48,751 nt of DNA from NCBI GenBank assembly GCA_964510775.1, contig CAZEBZ010000005.1, positions 8,267 to 57,017 of the forward strand, written 5' to 3'. This stretch comes from an uncultured Thermodesulfobacteriota bacterium. GTDB lineage: Bacteria; Desulfobacterota; GWC2-55-46; JADFVP01. Made by a program: the position numbers and the translations under genes. Below are positions 10,278 to 21,200 of the stretch, in pieces; within the stretch, counting starts at the first letter, position 1, and each line of letters starts with the position of its first letter. The notes beneath the pieces are model-generated. The model searched no databases and was not told where the DNA came from. It saw only the letters and a list, made by a program, of their open reading frames with translations.

Positions 10278-10622
10278 TTAATCACCATCACTACCGCAGT
10301 TATATGCGACTACCTCTATCTTCTCTCGCGTAATAAGCCCCTTGTGGTTCATCTCTCTGATAGTGGGGATAAATTTTTCTATACGCTCCGAGGTATCTAC
10401 TATCTCAACTACCATTGGCAGGTCCTCGCTGAGCATTAAGACCTTCGCCTTATGGAGCTTGCAGTGCGCACCGTAGCCGAGTACGCCGCGAAGCACTGTT
10501 GCGCCCAGAAGCCCGGCGTCTCTTGCCGCCTCAACTACGGCCTCATACACAGGTCGACCCTCAAACTGCTGCACCTCTCCAACAAAGACTCGGAGCAGAT
10601 CCATCTTGCAAGGTACTCTCAT
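10278..10622 (-). CDS. DUF190 family protein (CrcB-associated)
   Basis: GATVLRGVLGYG and SEDLPMVVEIVD; downstream of crcB. Confidence 0.9.
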   Translation of the reverse strand: MRVPCKMDLLRVFVGEVQQFEGRPVYEAVVEAARDAGLLGATVLRGVLGYGAHCKLHKAKVLMLSEDLPMVVEIVDTSERIEKFIPTIREMNHKGLITREKIEVVAYNCGSDGD

Positions 10623-10820
10623 CAGACCCCCTTACTTAACAATAACAGGACGTACTTCCCAAAAGGCCGCTTACGGGCCGCGGCCCGCGCCTTATTTAAT
10701 AGTAATATAAGGACATCATCTTAACAATCCTCGAGCCGCCTCGCCCATATCTGAGGCTGAGGCCGGAGTTTTTTTCATACTAAGGCCCCCATTAACAAGG
10801 GAATACTCAAGCATAAACGC

Positions 10821-11192
10821 CTAAAAGAGACGCCCCGCGGCAAAGCCAAGAAAGAGCACTAATATGCCGGAGACAATCTGAAGCATAATATTACCGGCGG
10901 CAAGGGCCCACTGTGCGTCTCTCATAAACTGGCCCGTCTCGAACATAAAGGTAGAGAAAGTAGTAAAGGCACCCATGAAACCTCCGAGTACGATAAGCCT
11001 CGTATGACCGCTGATAAGGAACCGCTCCTCAGAGAGGCTCCAGACGAGGCCGAAGAGAAAGGCCCCGGCTATATTAACGGTAAAGGTACCCCAGGGGAAT
11101 CCGCCGCCGTATATTCTCTGCACAAAACCTGCGATAAGATACCTTGATACAGTACCTCCGGCGCCTGCGAGACAGAGCAGAAGTAAATCCAT
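10821..11192 (-). CDS. crcB: Fluoride channel Fluc/CrcB
   Basis: FPWGTFTVN and GFMGAFTTFSTF signatures; GGAG before the ATG at 11192. Confidence 0.95.
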   Translation of the reverse strand: MDLLLLCLAGAGGTVSRYLIAGFVQRIYGGGFPWGTFTVNIAGAFLFGLVWSLSEERFLISGHTRLIVLGGFMGAFTTFSTFMFETGQFMRDAQWALAAGNIMLQIVSGILVLFLGFAAGRLF

Positions 11193-11383
11193 AGGGTCTC
11201 CATTTAAATACATTAGAACTAATGACTGAGTAGGTTTTATAATATAACAGATAGCACCTTGAAAGCAAAAATTTTTTAAGGCCGTCGCGTTGACTTAGCA
11301 AGACTTATCATGTTATATAAAGGAGATATATCAGTTCATCAATTAATCACTCCAAGAACGTCCAATAGGAGGGTATCAGTAAA

Positions 11384-12079
11384 TTGAACGCAACGGCGCT
11401 AAGCTCCCAATTAGGGCTCTGGGGCATGATCGCACATGCCGGCCCCTTAGTAAAAATAGTACTCCTCGTCCTCCTTGCCTTCTCTGTAGTCTCATGGGCA
11501 ATTATCATCTACAAGCTTATGCTTCTTAAGAAGATAGAAAAAGAGACAGGGCTTTTTTACGAGATTTTCTGGGAAAAAAGACAATTTTCCCATATATCCT
11601 CCATAACGGGCTCCTACAGATACACGCCCCTTGTGCCTCTTTTCACCGCTGTCTACAATGAGCTCTCAAATATCATGAAGAATTCAGAAGAGGATAAGTC
11701 TTCGCTTGGACACGATAATATTGACCGCATCGAGCGCATATTAAAGAAAACAGGCTCCGTAGAGCACACAAAGATGGAACACACAGTGAGCTTTCTTGCC
11801 ACCGCAGGCAACACGGCCCCCTTTATCGGGCTCTTCGGCACGGTCTGGGGCATAATGACCTCATTTCAGGACATAGGGGCGAGCGGCGCCGCGAACCTCG
11901 CCGTAGTAGCCCCGGGTATCTCAGAGGCCCTTGTGGCAACGGCCATGGGGCTTATCGTGGCCATTCCCGCCGTAGTGGGTTACAACCACATTACATCAAA
12001 GATTAACCGCGTGGTAACGGAGATGGATAACTTTTCCTCAGACCTGCTGAACATAGTAGAAAAACAGCTCTCCCGCTAA
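11384..12079 (+). CDS. tolQ: TolQ (MotA/TolQ/ExbB family)
   Basis: APFIGLFGTVWGIM, VAPGISEALVATA; first gene of the tol-pal set; TTG start after GGAGG. Confidence 0.93.
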   Translation: MNATALSSQLGLWGMIAHAGPLVKIVLLVLLAFSVVSWAIIIYKLMLLKKIEKETGLFYEIFWEKRQFSHISSITGSYRYTPLVPLFTAVYNELSNIMKNSEEDKSSLGHDNIDRIERILKKTGSVEHTKMEHTVSFLATAGNTAPFIGLFGTVWGIMTSFQDIGASGAANLAVVAPGISEALVATAMGLIVAIPAVVGYNHITSKINRVVTEMDNFSSDLLNIVEKQLSR

Positions 12080-12438
12080 AGGAGGCAGGCGCAATACGTC
12101 AGTCTCAACCCTTAAGGGAGAGTACTTATATCCCCCGTAAAGAGAGAGGGCCAGGCTAAGAAATGTAGAAAAACTCCATATATTACTGCGGCAAAGAGGT
12201 GTGTCGTCATTTTAACAGACTCACAGTTGTTGCATAAGCAGGAATAACCACTTGACAGTAATAACAAAAAACCTTGTATCTAAACTCACAGATATTACAG
12301 CAAGAGGGCGATATCTTATAGGTGTACTTTTACAACTTACTCGGCCTTGCCGCAATGCGTCTGCAGAGGACACTCATAAAAGTCTCAAGAGGGGCTCCGG
12401 CAAAGAGACGAGGCCACTCTTAACTAAAAGGTTTTTTC

Positions 12439-12855
12439 ATGGCCATTAACAGCTCTCGCGACAAGCAGCTAATGTCGCAGATAAACGTAACTCCCTTTGT
12501 AGACGTTATGCTCGTTCTGCTCATAATCTTCATGGTAACTGCCCCCATGATGCAGTCAGGCATTGACGTGAACCTGCCAAAAGTCAAGGCCAGCGCCGTT
12601 AATAGCAAATCCGACCCCCTTATAGTCAGCATTGACAGCAGACAGCGCACTTATCTTGGAGACAAGCGCTTCAGCACCGCGAGGCTCGGCAAGAAACTAA
12701 CTGCCATAAACAAGATGAAGCCCGGCAGCATGGTTCTTCTAAAGGCCGATAAAAAAGTGCCCTACGGATATGTCGTAACGGTCATCTCAGAGATTCGCAG
12801 GTCAGGCATTACAAAAATAGGCATGCTTACAGAATCAAACTCAAAAAAAAGATGA
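12439..12855 (+). CDS. tolR: TolR
   Basis: INVTPFVDVMLVLLIIFMVTAP; KADKKVPYG. Confidence 0.95.
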   Translation: MAINSSRDKQLMSQINVTPFVDVMLVLLIIFMVTAPMMQSGIDVNLPKVKASAVNSKSDPLIVSIDSRQRTYLGDKRFSTARLGKKLTAINKMKPGSMVLLKADKKVPYGYVVTVISEIRRSGITKIGMLTESNSKKR

Positions 12856-12936
12856 AGGTCTTCCGGCACTTGACACATAAAGCTGGCAACACAAAAGAAC
12901 CTTTCCTTCACCCCGTCCCTGGTCTTTAAAGAAAAG

Positions 12937-13773
12937 ATGGAGAATTTTTTCGGTAACTTCCCAAAGATCTTCAAAAAAATACTTTATATCTCTCTGGCGG
13001 CGCATATTATCGTACTTGTCGCCCTTGGCCTGTTCATGGGCAGCTCCAGGAAGGTCTTCTTCACCCCTGTGAGCACAGTAAGCCTTGTAGAGCCTGCAAG
13101 GCGGCATATTAAAAAAAGAACGAAGAAGGTTCGCCGCCGCAGGGTCAAAAAGAAGAAAAAAGCCGTTGTTAAGAGAAAGGCCTCAAACAAGGCCCTCGCG
13201 GCCAGGAAAAAAGCCCTCGCGGCAAAAAAAAGGGCGAAAAGAACCGCTAAACTACATGAAAAAGAGCTATCTACGGCCTTAAGCAAGATAAAAGAGAAGG
13301 TTCGTCTTAATGAGGAGCGAAGGCTTTTAGCCTCTAAGATAGAGGCCATTAAGGAAAGAGAAGCGGCAGAAGAGCGGGCAAGACGCCTCGCGAAGATACG
13401 CGGCGCCATAAAGGCCGCGCCTGCTGAAAAAACAACGCCTTCCCCCCCTGCCGCCACATCAACAGGGGCGAAGTCAACGGACATGAACATAAGATACAAG
13501 GCCTACTTCTCGCTCATAAGAGACCATGTACAGAACAACTGGATAGTGCCCGAGAGTTTTGATGATGAAAAAGTCTCAGTAATCGTATCCATACGTATCG
13601 ACAGAGGCGGCGAGCTTATCAAGAGCTGGGTAGAGAAAGGCTCGGGAAGCAGGCAGTTTGACAACTCTCTGCTAAAGGCCGTGCAGAAGGCATCGCCCTT
13701 TCCGCCTCTACCTGCGGATTTTACTGAAGACATACTGGAGACAGGCCTGAGGTTCTGCCCTCGCTGTGATTAA
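12937..13773 (+). CDS. tolA: TolA/TonB-family protein
   Basis: N-terminal TM with SLAAH, Lys/Ala-rich helical middle, TonB_C-like end (KASPFPPLP); lies between tolR and tolB. Confidence 0.85.
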   Translation: MENFFGNFPKIFKKILYISLAAHIIVLVALGLFMGSSRKVFFTPVSTVSLVEPARRHIKKRTKKVRRRRVKKKKKAVVKRKASNKALAARKKALAAKKRAKRTAKLHEKELSTALSKIKEKVRLNEERRLLASKIEAIKEREAAEERARRLAKIRGAIKAAPAEKTTPSPPAATSTGAKSTDMNIRYKAYFSLIRDHVQNNWIVPESFDDEKVSVIVSIRIDRGGELIKSWVEKGSGSRQFDNSLLKAVQKASPFPPLPADFTEDILETGLRFCPRCD

Positions 13774-13776
13774 GAT

Positions 13777-15102
13777 ATGATTCTTTTAACATACCTCTTA
13801 TTGATATTTTCCATCTGCCTCTCTTCGCGGCCAGCTGAGGCAAAGGTATATATTGACCTCACGGCACCATCGATCCGCAGGCTGCCCCTTGCCATTCAGG
13901 AGTTTCACTACCTCGGCGCCGACCCATACAGCATTAAAGAGAGAGACAGAGTAAAGTCTATAAGTGCGAGTATACTCAATACGCTAAAAAGAGACATGGA
14001 GTTCTCCGGAGTCTTTAAGACCCTTGATAACGAGGCATTTATCGAAGAGCCCGATGAAGCGGGCTTTGATATTAATGATATAAATTTTAAGGACTGGCGC
14101 ATGATAGGCGCTGATGCCCTTGTAGAGGGCAGGTTTCGCCTAATAGAAAAGAGGCTTATCGTAGAGGCACGGCTCTTTGACAGCGTACGCCAGACCATGA
14201 TAATGAGCAAGAGGTTCATAGGCAATCCCAATCACCCCGAGCGGCTGGCCCATTTTATCTCAGAGAGGCTCTACGAGGAGATAACGGGAAGAAAGGGTAT
14301 CTTTACGACAAAACTGCTCTTTGTCTCAAAAAAAGGCGGTAATAAAGAGATATACATCTCAGATTACGACGGCAGACACAGGGTTCCAATTACTTACAAC
14401 AGGTCTATCAACCTCTCTCCAAAATGGTCTCCCGACGGCAAGAAGATGATATACACTTCTTACAAGCGCGGTTATCCCTACCTCTATCTCTTTGACCTCA
14501 ATACTGGCCATGACGAGGTCATCTCAAGCAAAAAGGGCATTAACATAGGCGGCAGATTTAGCCCTGACGGGAAATCCATAGCCCTCACGCTCAGCACCAA
14601 GACGAGCCCCGACCTATTCCTCTTAAGATTGGGCGGAGGGGGCTACGAGCGCCTTACAACCAATTACGGCATTGACGTATCTCCCACCTGGTCTCCTGAT
14701 GGGAGAAAATTGGCATTTGTATCAGATAGAAGTGGAAATCCCCATATATTTGTGTTAGACTTGCGAACCAACAAGACTAAACGCCTCAGTTACGGCGGCA
14801 CATATAACGCCAGCCCGGCATGGTCCCCTGAGGGCAATCTCATAGCCTACGCGCGCGCCGACAGCGGCAAGTTCAATATATGGGTCTTAGACGCAAATGG
14901 CGGCAGACAGCACCAGCTTACATTTGACGGCAACAATAAATCCCCTTCCTGGTCGCCTGACGGCAGGTTCATCATCTTCAACAAAACCTCTAAGGGTGAG
15001 AGTTCCCTTTACGTCATGCAGGCAGATGGAACGGCAAGTCGAAAAATCCCAACAGGGACAGGTTATGCCAGTACACCGGCATGGTCGCCATTTCTTAATT
15101 AA
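13777..15102 (+). CDS. tolB: TolB beta-propeller protein
   Basis: Signal peptide, TolB_N domain, six PD40 repeats (SPxWSPDG type). Confidence 0.96.
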   Translation: MILLTYLLLIFSICLSSRPAEAKVYIDLTAPSIRRLPLAIQEFHYLGADPYSIKERDRVKSISASILNTLKRDMEFSGVFKTLDNEAFIEEPDEAGFDINDINFKDWRMIGADALVEGRFRLIEKRLIVEARLFDSVRQTMIMSKRFIGNPNHPERLAHFISERLYEEITGRKGIFTTKLLFVSKKGGNKEIYISDYDGRHRVPITYNRSINLSPKWSPDGKKMIYTSYKRGYPYLYLFDLNTGHDEVISSKKGINIGGRFSPDGKSIALTLSTKTSPDLFLLRLGGGGYERLTTNYGIDVSPTWSPDGRKLAFVSDRSGNPHIFVLDLRTNKTKRLSYGGTYNASPAWSPEGNLIAYARADSGKFNIWVLDANGGRQHQLTFDGNNKSPSWSPDGRFIIFNKTSKGESSLYVMQADGTASRKIPTGTGYASTPAWSPFLN

Positions 15103-15157
15103 TTTTCGACACTTGATGAAAAACACCATATTATAGCCGCAACTTAAGGAGGCCTCA

Positions 15158-15745
15158 ATGAAAAGATTTTTGAAATTTATGCCGCTTGTAATTATTTGCC
15201 TCTCCCTTGCCGCATGCGCGGGAAAGACCACGATAAAAGAAGATTCATCTACTGCCCTTGATAATAAAGATACAACCGTAGTACCTGAAGATGGCAGTGG
15301 TAAAGGTCTTGACGAGAATGGTATCTCGGAATCGGATATGCCGGGAGATAAATTCCGCGAGGCCTTTGTCTCTCCTGAAGACAGGGCGGCGGCAACAGCA
15401 GCGGCGTTAAAGGCCGGGCTTAAGATCGTACACTTTGATTTTGACAGATACAGCATACGAGACAGTGATGTCGAGCTGTTGCGAGCAGATGCCCAGTGGC
15501 TAAAAGAGCACCCGGGCACCTATGTCCGCATAGAAGGCCATGCCGACGAACGCGGCGAGACAGAGTACAACATGGCCCTCGGCGAAAAAAGAGCCATGAG
15601 CGTAAAGCGCTACTTTGAGTCCCTCGGAGTATCCGGCAAGAGGCTGTCCATCATCAGCTACGGCGAAGAGTCCCCTGTAGACGCCGGACACGATGAAGCG
15701 GCCTGGGCAAAGAACAGAAGAGTTGAGTTTGAGAAACTCAGATAA
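15158..15745 (+). CDS. pal: Peptidoglycan-associated lipoprotein Pal
   Basis: Lipobox LAAC; EGHADERG, YNMALGEKRA, NRRVEF. Confidence 0.96.
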   Translation: MKRFLKFMPLVIICLSLAACAGKTTIKEDSSTALDNKDTTVVPEDGSGKGLDENGISESDMPGDKFREAFVSPEDRAAATAAALKAGLKIVHFDFDRYSIRDSDVELLRADAQWLKEHPGTYVRIEGHADERGETEYNMALGEKRAMSVKRYFESLGVSGKRLSIISYGEESPVDAGHDEAAWAKNRRVEFEKLR

Positions 15746-15774
15746 CTGTCAAGATTTCGTAAAAGGTATTATCT

Positions 15775-16812
15775 ATGAAGATATTAAGAGAGACGGCGAG
15801 CCTTATTAGCAGGCGGGGCCTTCTGGCTCTACCCGTACTCGCGCTGCTCATATACGGGTGCGGCCCCGGTTTTCCCATTGTAACTGAGGAGCAGCAGGAC
15901 TTCATGGATAAGGCGGACAGGGCCTCCAAGGAGACTATCTCCCTCAATCAACGTCTCACAACACTTGAGAGCCGCGGCGCAGATAAAGAGGGCGTCGAGG
16001 CACTAAGGCAGAGCCTCGCCGAGACAACAAAGACAGTAGAAGACCTTGGCAGAGAGTTCTCATTTGCCCGCGGCAGCATGGAAGAGGCCGGCAACGCACA
16101 GGCACAGGCCAATAGCGAGATAGCCGACCTTGAGGACTCTGTGCGCGTGCTAAACGACAGAATTCATTCACTTGAGAGCGCAAAAGCCGCTAACCTCGAA
16201 GAGGTATCAAAATTAAGAGAAGACCTTGGGGTCTCAAGAAAAAAGATAACGGCCCTTGAGGCTGAGTTAGCCCTATTAACTCACAACCTGCTTGCGCCAA
16301 CAGATACCGCCGCAGCGGCAAAGCCAACGGCCGCGCCTGCTACTGAGGCCGAGACAAAAACAACCGTGGCAGCCAAAGAGGTGAAAAAACCCGCTGTAAC
16401 AGCCAAGGCAACAGAAAAAAAAGCAGACAAAAAAAATGATCCTGAGGCCCTTTATTTCAAGGGATTTACCCTTACAAAAGACAAAGAATTCGAGAAGGCC
16501 ACTGCTGTCTTCAAGTCTTTTCTCAGCCTATATCCACGAAGCAAACTCGCCGATCATGCCAGATACTGGCTCGGAGAGATTTACTACTCCAGCGGCAACT
16601 GGGAGAGAGCCATACTGGAGTTCGATAGAGTTATCAAAGAGTATCCCGGCGGAGACAAAGTGCCTGCGGCAATACTAAAAGAGGGGTTTGCCTTTGACAG
16701 ACTGGGATCTCAAAAAGAGGCCCGACTCCTTCTTGAGAGGCTGATTAAGAAGTACCCCGACAGCCCTGAGGCAAAGATGGCAAAAGAACGCCTCAATAAA
16801 ATAAAAAAATAA
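15775..16812 (+). CDS. cpoB: Tol-Pal protein CpoB/YbgF
   Basis: Lipobox IYGC, coiled coil, C-terminal TPRs (ARYWLGE, KVPAAILK); follows pal. Confidence 0.9.
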   Translation: MKILRETASLISRRGLLALPVLALLIYGCGPGFPIVTEEQQDFMDKADRASKETISLNQRLTTLESRGADKEGVEALRQSLAETTKTVEDLGREFSFARGSMEEAGNAQAQANSEIADLEDSVRVLNDRIHSLESAKAANLEEVSKLREDLGVSRKKITALEAELALLTHNLLAPTDTAAAAKPTAAPATEAETKTTVAAKEVKKPAVTAKATEKKADKKNDPEALYFKGFTLTKDKEFEKATAVFKSFLSLYPRSKLADHARYWLGEIYYSSGNWERAILEFDRVIKEYPGGDKVPAAILKEGFAFDRLGSQKEARLLLERLIKKYPDSPEAKMAKERLNKIKK

Positions 16813-16912
16813 AAGACATCACCCCATAACGAGTCCGCCTTAGCCCCCCCCTACCAATTTCAAGGCGGGGGTTTTATTTTCTCCAAGCAGCGCCCCGATT
16901 ACCACCGCCTGC

Positions 16913-16949
16913 AAAGGGCCGCTGCGAAGCCCAGCCGCAGCGGCCCTTT
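16913..16949. terminator. Perfect 14-bp hairpin after the tol-pal genes, probable terminator
   Basis: AAAGGGCCGCTGCG-N9-CGCAGCGGCCCTTT. Confidence 0.6.
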
Positions 16950-17062
16950 AAAAACAACTGCAAAGCGGTAAAAATAAAGAAAAACACCTAATAGGGACAA
17001 AAGTCATGGCCTCTTAACAGGGCTTTTAATGTATAATAAAGATTATTAGTTGAGCTATTTTT

Positions 17063-18199
17063 ATGATTAACTCCATTTCTCTTAAGAGATGCTCAGGTTA
17101 CGACCCTGAAGAGGTATACGAGAAGGTTGCAGAGGCAGTAGACCTCCTTGGCGGTATGAGCTGCTTTGCACGTAATGGCGAGTCTATACTCATTAAGCCT
17201 AACCTTCTAACTGCCAAGGCAGTTGATGCCGCCGTTACAACACACCCCTCTGTTGTACGCGCTATTATCAGACTGGTAAAAGAAGCCGGCGCCACGCCCT
17301 TTGTAGGCGACAGCCCCGCTATAGGCTCTCCGGAGAAGGTAGCGCAAAAATGCGAGATACTTAATGTCTGCGAGAGCGAGGGCGTAGAATTTGTCGGTTT
17401 TACCGATGCCGTCGAGGTAGACAACCCCGAAGGATATATCTTTAAGCGTCTTGAAGTAGCTCGCGCGGCCATAGAGGCCGACGGCATCATCAACGTGCCT
17501 AAGTTAAAGACTCATGCGCAGATGAATCTTACCATGGGGGTAAAAAACATCTTCGGCTGCGTACCGGGCAAGAGGAAACCGCAGTGGCACTTAAGCGCCG
17601 GTGTAGATACGGCGCATTTTGCCAACATGATACTCGATCTATATCAATTCATAAGGCCGCGCCTCACAGTAATGGACGCCGTTGTCGCCATGGAGGGCAA
17701 TGGGCCGGCAAGCGGAGACCCGAGGAGCGTTGGCCTTATCACCGCCGCCAAAGAGGCGCTTACCATTGATGCTCTATGCGCGCAGATACTCGGCGTCAAG
17801 GCGGAAGATGTGCCGATTCTCGCCGCCGCGCTTGATAGAGACCTCAGAGGCGCCGATATAAAGACAGCAGAGCTGCTTGGCGACGACGCCGAGAGCTTTC
17901 ACGTAAAGGGCTTTAAGCTGCCGCCGCTGGTTCACACAAGATTTACCGAGGGACTGCCTTATTTCTTAGGCTCACGCCTTAGAAAATCCCTTACTGTAAG
18001 GCCCCATATAATCAACTCCAAGTGCACGCTCTGCAACCACTGCGTAAACGTGTGCCCTGCGCGCATAATGAGCAGCGATAACCGTATAAAGATAGACTAC
18101 GATAAGTGTATTCGATGCTTTTGCTGTCAGGAGATGTGCCCCAATGAGGCCATTACATCAAAGGCCGGCTGGCTTAAGAAAATAATCCCCGGGCTGTAG
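17063..18199 (+). CDS. DUF362 domain protein with C-terminal 2x[4Fe-4S] ferredoxin domain
   Basis: LIKPN, PKLKTH, GVKN; CTLCNHCVNVCP and CIRCFCCQEMCP. Confidence 0.92.
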   Translation: MINSISLKRCSGYDPEEVYEKVAEAVDLLGGMSCFARNGESILIKPNLLTAKAVDAAVTTHPSVVRAIIRLVKEAGATPFVGDSPAIGSPEKVAQKCEILNVCESEGVEFVGFTDAVEVDNPEGYIFKRLEVARAAIEADGIINVPKLKTHAQMNLTMGVKNIFGCVPGKRKPQWHLSAGVDTAHFANMILDLYQFIRPRLTVMDAVVAMEGNGPASGDPRSVGLITAAKEALTIDALCAQILGVKAEDVPILAAALDRDLRGADIKTAELLGDDAESFHVKGFKLPPLVHTRFTEGLPYFLGSRLRKSLTVRPHIINSKCTLCNHCVNVCPARIMSSDNRIKIDYDKCIRCFCCQEMCPNEAITSKAGWLKKIIPGL

Positions 18200-18255
18200 A
18201 AGCCCCCTGAAGAAAACCCTTCAAGACGTCACTTAAACTACGCGCAGAGGATAAC

Positions 18256-21200
18256 GTGTCCTTTCTAAGACCAAGAAAAAAAACCCTCTTACGAGCCCTT
18301 ATCATCTGCCTGCTTATTATAGCAGGAGGCGGTTTTTTTCTCTGGCGCACCCCCTTTGACATAAGCCAATACCATGACCGTATTACCGCTGCCTGCGAGG
18401 ACATTACAGGGGCCAATATCACCACGGGCACAGTAACGCTCCGAGTCCTTCCCGCACCCTATATTGAGGTTCACGATGTCCGTATGACAATGGAGCCCGA
18501 GGGCGAGCTCATGAGAGCCAAACTCATGAAGTTCCGCGTCTCCATACTCCCCTTCTTTCTTAAAAAAGTCGTGCTTCGCAAGATGGCAATTGAGGGCTGG
18601 AGCCTGAATTTCAGAAGAAAGAGCAACGGCACAATGGCATTTGTCGAGATGTATGAGCGGATAATAAAAAGAAAACACATTATAAGCGTAAGCGACATCA
18701 GTCTCCTTAGAGGCAGGCTCTTTATTGAGGATAAGGCCGGCGGCAGAGACCTTTCTATCAGAGCAGACCTGAATAACGGAGAGGCCAGATTAAGCGGCAG
18801 CGGCCTTGCCTTTCAGGCAGACCTGGGCCTCTCTGACGGCACTAACCTTTACACGCGCGGTAAAGCCGTAAAAAAAAATGGCCTGGTAGCACTCACCGGA
18901 CAGGCAATGATAGAGGGCCTTACCATGGATACCCTCTCCTCCTATGTAAAGACAAGGGCACTAAAGGGGTCTCTCTCCGGGGATCTTACCTACAGCATAG
19001 ATAAGGACTTAATAAGACTTAGCGGCCCCGTAAACTACAAAGACCTTACTCTGAACGCTGCCTCTATCTCCAAGACTCCCCTGCACTCACCCTCGGGAAA
19101 AGCCATTATAAAACTTACTATAGCCGATGATAATCTGGATATGAAGATAAGAGAAGCAGAGTTTGCACTGCGGGGCTCTTTTCTAAGCGGCTCCTTGAAT
19201 ATTAGCGGCAACCCCGCAGAGTATGAGAATATGGGCCTTACGCTTAAAATGCAGGCCACACCCATAGCATTAAAAGACGTTAAGAGCCTTGTACTGGACA
19301 GAGCATTAACACATGACCTCTCCTGGATAAACAACTTCACACCCACGGGCGGTGCCATATCCGTTGAGGGACTTGACCTTAAGGGAAAAATAAAGGAAAT
19401 ACTCGACGGCAGCGCCTTCTCACGCCCCGAGGCTATGCGCCTTGAGGCACGCTTTATAGGACTGGGGTTACGCCATCCAATAGTCGGGGAGGAGATCTCC
19501 GCCCTCGACGGCAAGGTCACACTCACAGATAACTCCATAAACTTATACGATATATCCTCACGTCTCGGCAGCGGTTTCGTAGAGAAACTCTCCTACAGCA
19601 TGAACGACCTTCACAGCACAAAAAAGACGCCAACCTACGACCTATCCATCCTTGGCCACATGGACGCCGGCAGGGCAATCGCCATGACTATAAGGTGTTT
19701 TAGAGATAGCGGTAAAGCGGCAAAGGCGCAGCTCCGCCGCATATCAGCTACCGGCGATACGCGTATAAAATTCAAGCTCAAGGGACGCATCGATGTAAAG
19801 GACAGTGCGTGGTTTTCCACAAACCTCGGCCTTAAGGGCGCGACCTTCCGCTATAGGGATTTGCCTCTCTCCTTTAGCTCCGTTGACGGCAATATTGATA
19901 TTGACAGTCGCAGGTTTACCTTCACAGACGTAACATTAAAAGACAGCGCCAACTCGACATTCAAGATTGAAGGTTATGTGCGGGACTACAGCGGCGGCAA
20001 TCCCTACTCTAACCTCAAGGTAAGAGGCAGCATATTTGACGGCACACTGGCGTCCCTTACAAGAAAAACAGCCCTTGAGGGCCTTGTAATAGATGAGACC
20101 CTTTCTTTCGCCTCTACTATGAGAGGATTTAAAAAAACACTGAAGATAGAGGCTGAGGCAGACCTTGGCGCAACAGGGCTGGAGTATCAAAATATCATAA
20201 AAAAACCACAGGGCATTCCCCTTGCCATGAAGGCTAATCTGGAGCTGCAAGATAAGACCGTAAAGATTGTAAAGGCCTCACTCTCCACTGAAGGCACAAC
20301 TCTTGGCCTCAAAGGCGACTTCAACAGCGCCAAAGGCTCCTACAGCCTCTTTGTCAATAGCAAAGAAGCCCGCCTCTATGATCTTGCCAATATAACACCG
20401 CTTATTATAAGGGCCCCCGATACGGCGGGAACGCTAAAGATAATACTTCAGACCTCAAAAAAATCAGGCGTAAAGTCATCGCAATACAAGGGACTTATCT
20501 CCTTAAAAAAAGGGGCCTTTACCACCTCGCTCTTAAAAGAACGGGTAAAGGCGCTTGACGTGACTCTACGTCTTGAGGGCGATACCGCTAATCTCCAGGT
20601 GGAGGATTTTAAGTTCGGGGGCAGTGATCTCTACGGCTCTCTCAATCTAAAGTCCATATCAAAAGAAGACATTACATTCAACGTCATCTCCAACAGACTT
20701 GATACTGAGGACATCTGGGGTAATGGAGAAGAAGGGAAGAAAGAGTGGTTCGAAGATATACGCACACTGGCCGTAACTCACAAGGCGAGGATTAACAAAA
20801 CTCGCCTTAGCGGCTCCGGTAAAATTAGTATTAGTGAGGGCCGCATCCTTGGTGAAGATATTCTGAACTTCAAGGCCGAAGCCCTCTTTCGCCCAAAGAC
20901 CATAAGCCTCGACCCCATCATATTTATAACAGAGGGCGGTACAATAGAGGGTAAGGCGGTTTTTTACAAAGGCCACAAGAGCCCTCATGTCTTCGAGGCA
21001 ACGGCCTCGCTTACAGGCATTCACATTAAAGATGCCCTGAGCCATCTTGGGGCAAAAAAAGACCTGCTCACAGGCACCATTTACGGTAATATAGAGTTAC
21101 GATGCCGCCGAGGCGCTACGCCCTTCGCAAGATGCCTTAACGGCAGCGGATCTTTAAAGGCCGAACACGGACGCATGTGGAAGTTCCCTGTAATCAGCAA

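Noticed and set aside
11193-11290. Fluoride riboswitch upstream of crcB
   Set aside because: No GGxGATG...CTxATGAC consensus on the coding strand; a partial look-alike is on the wrong strand.
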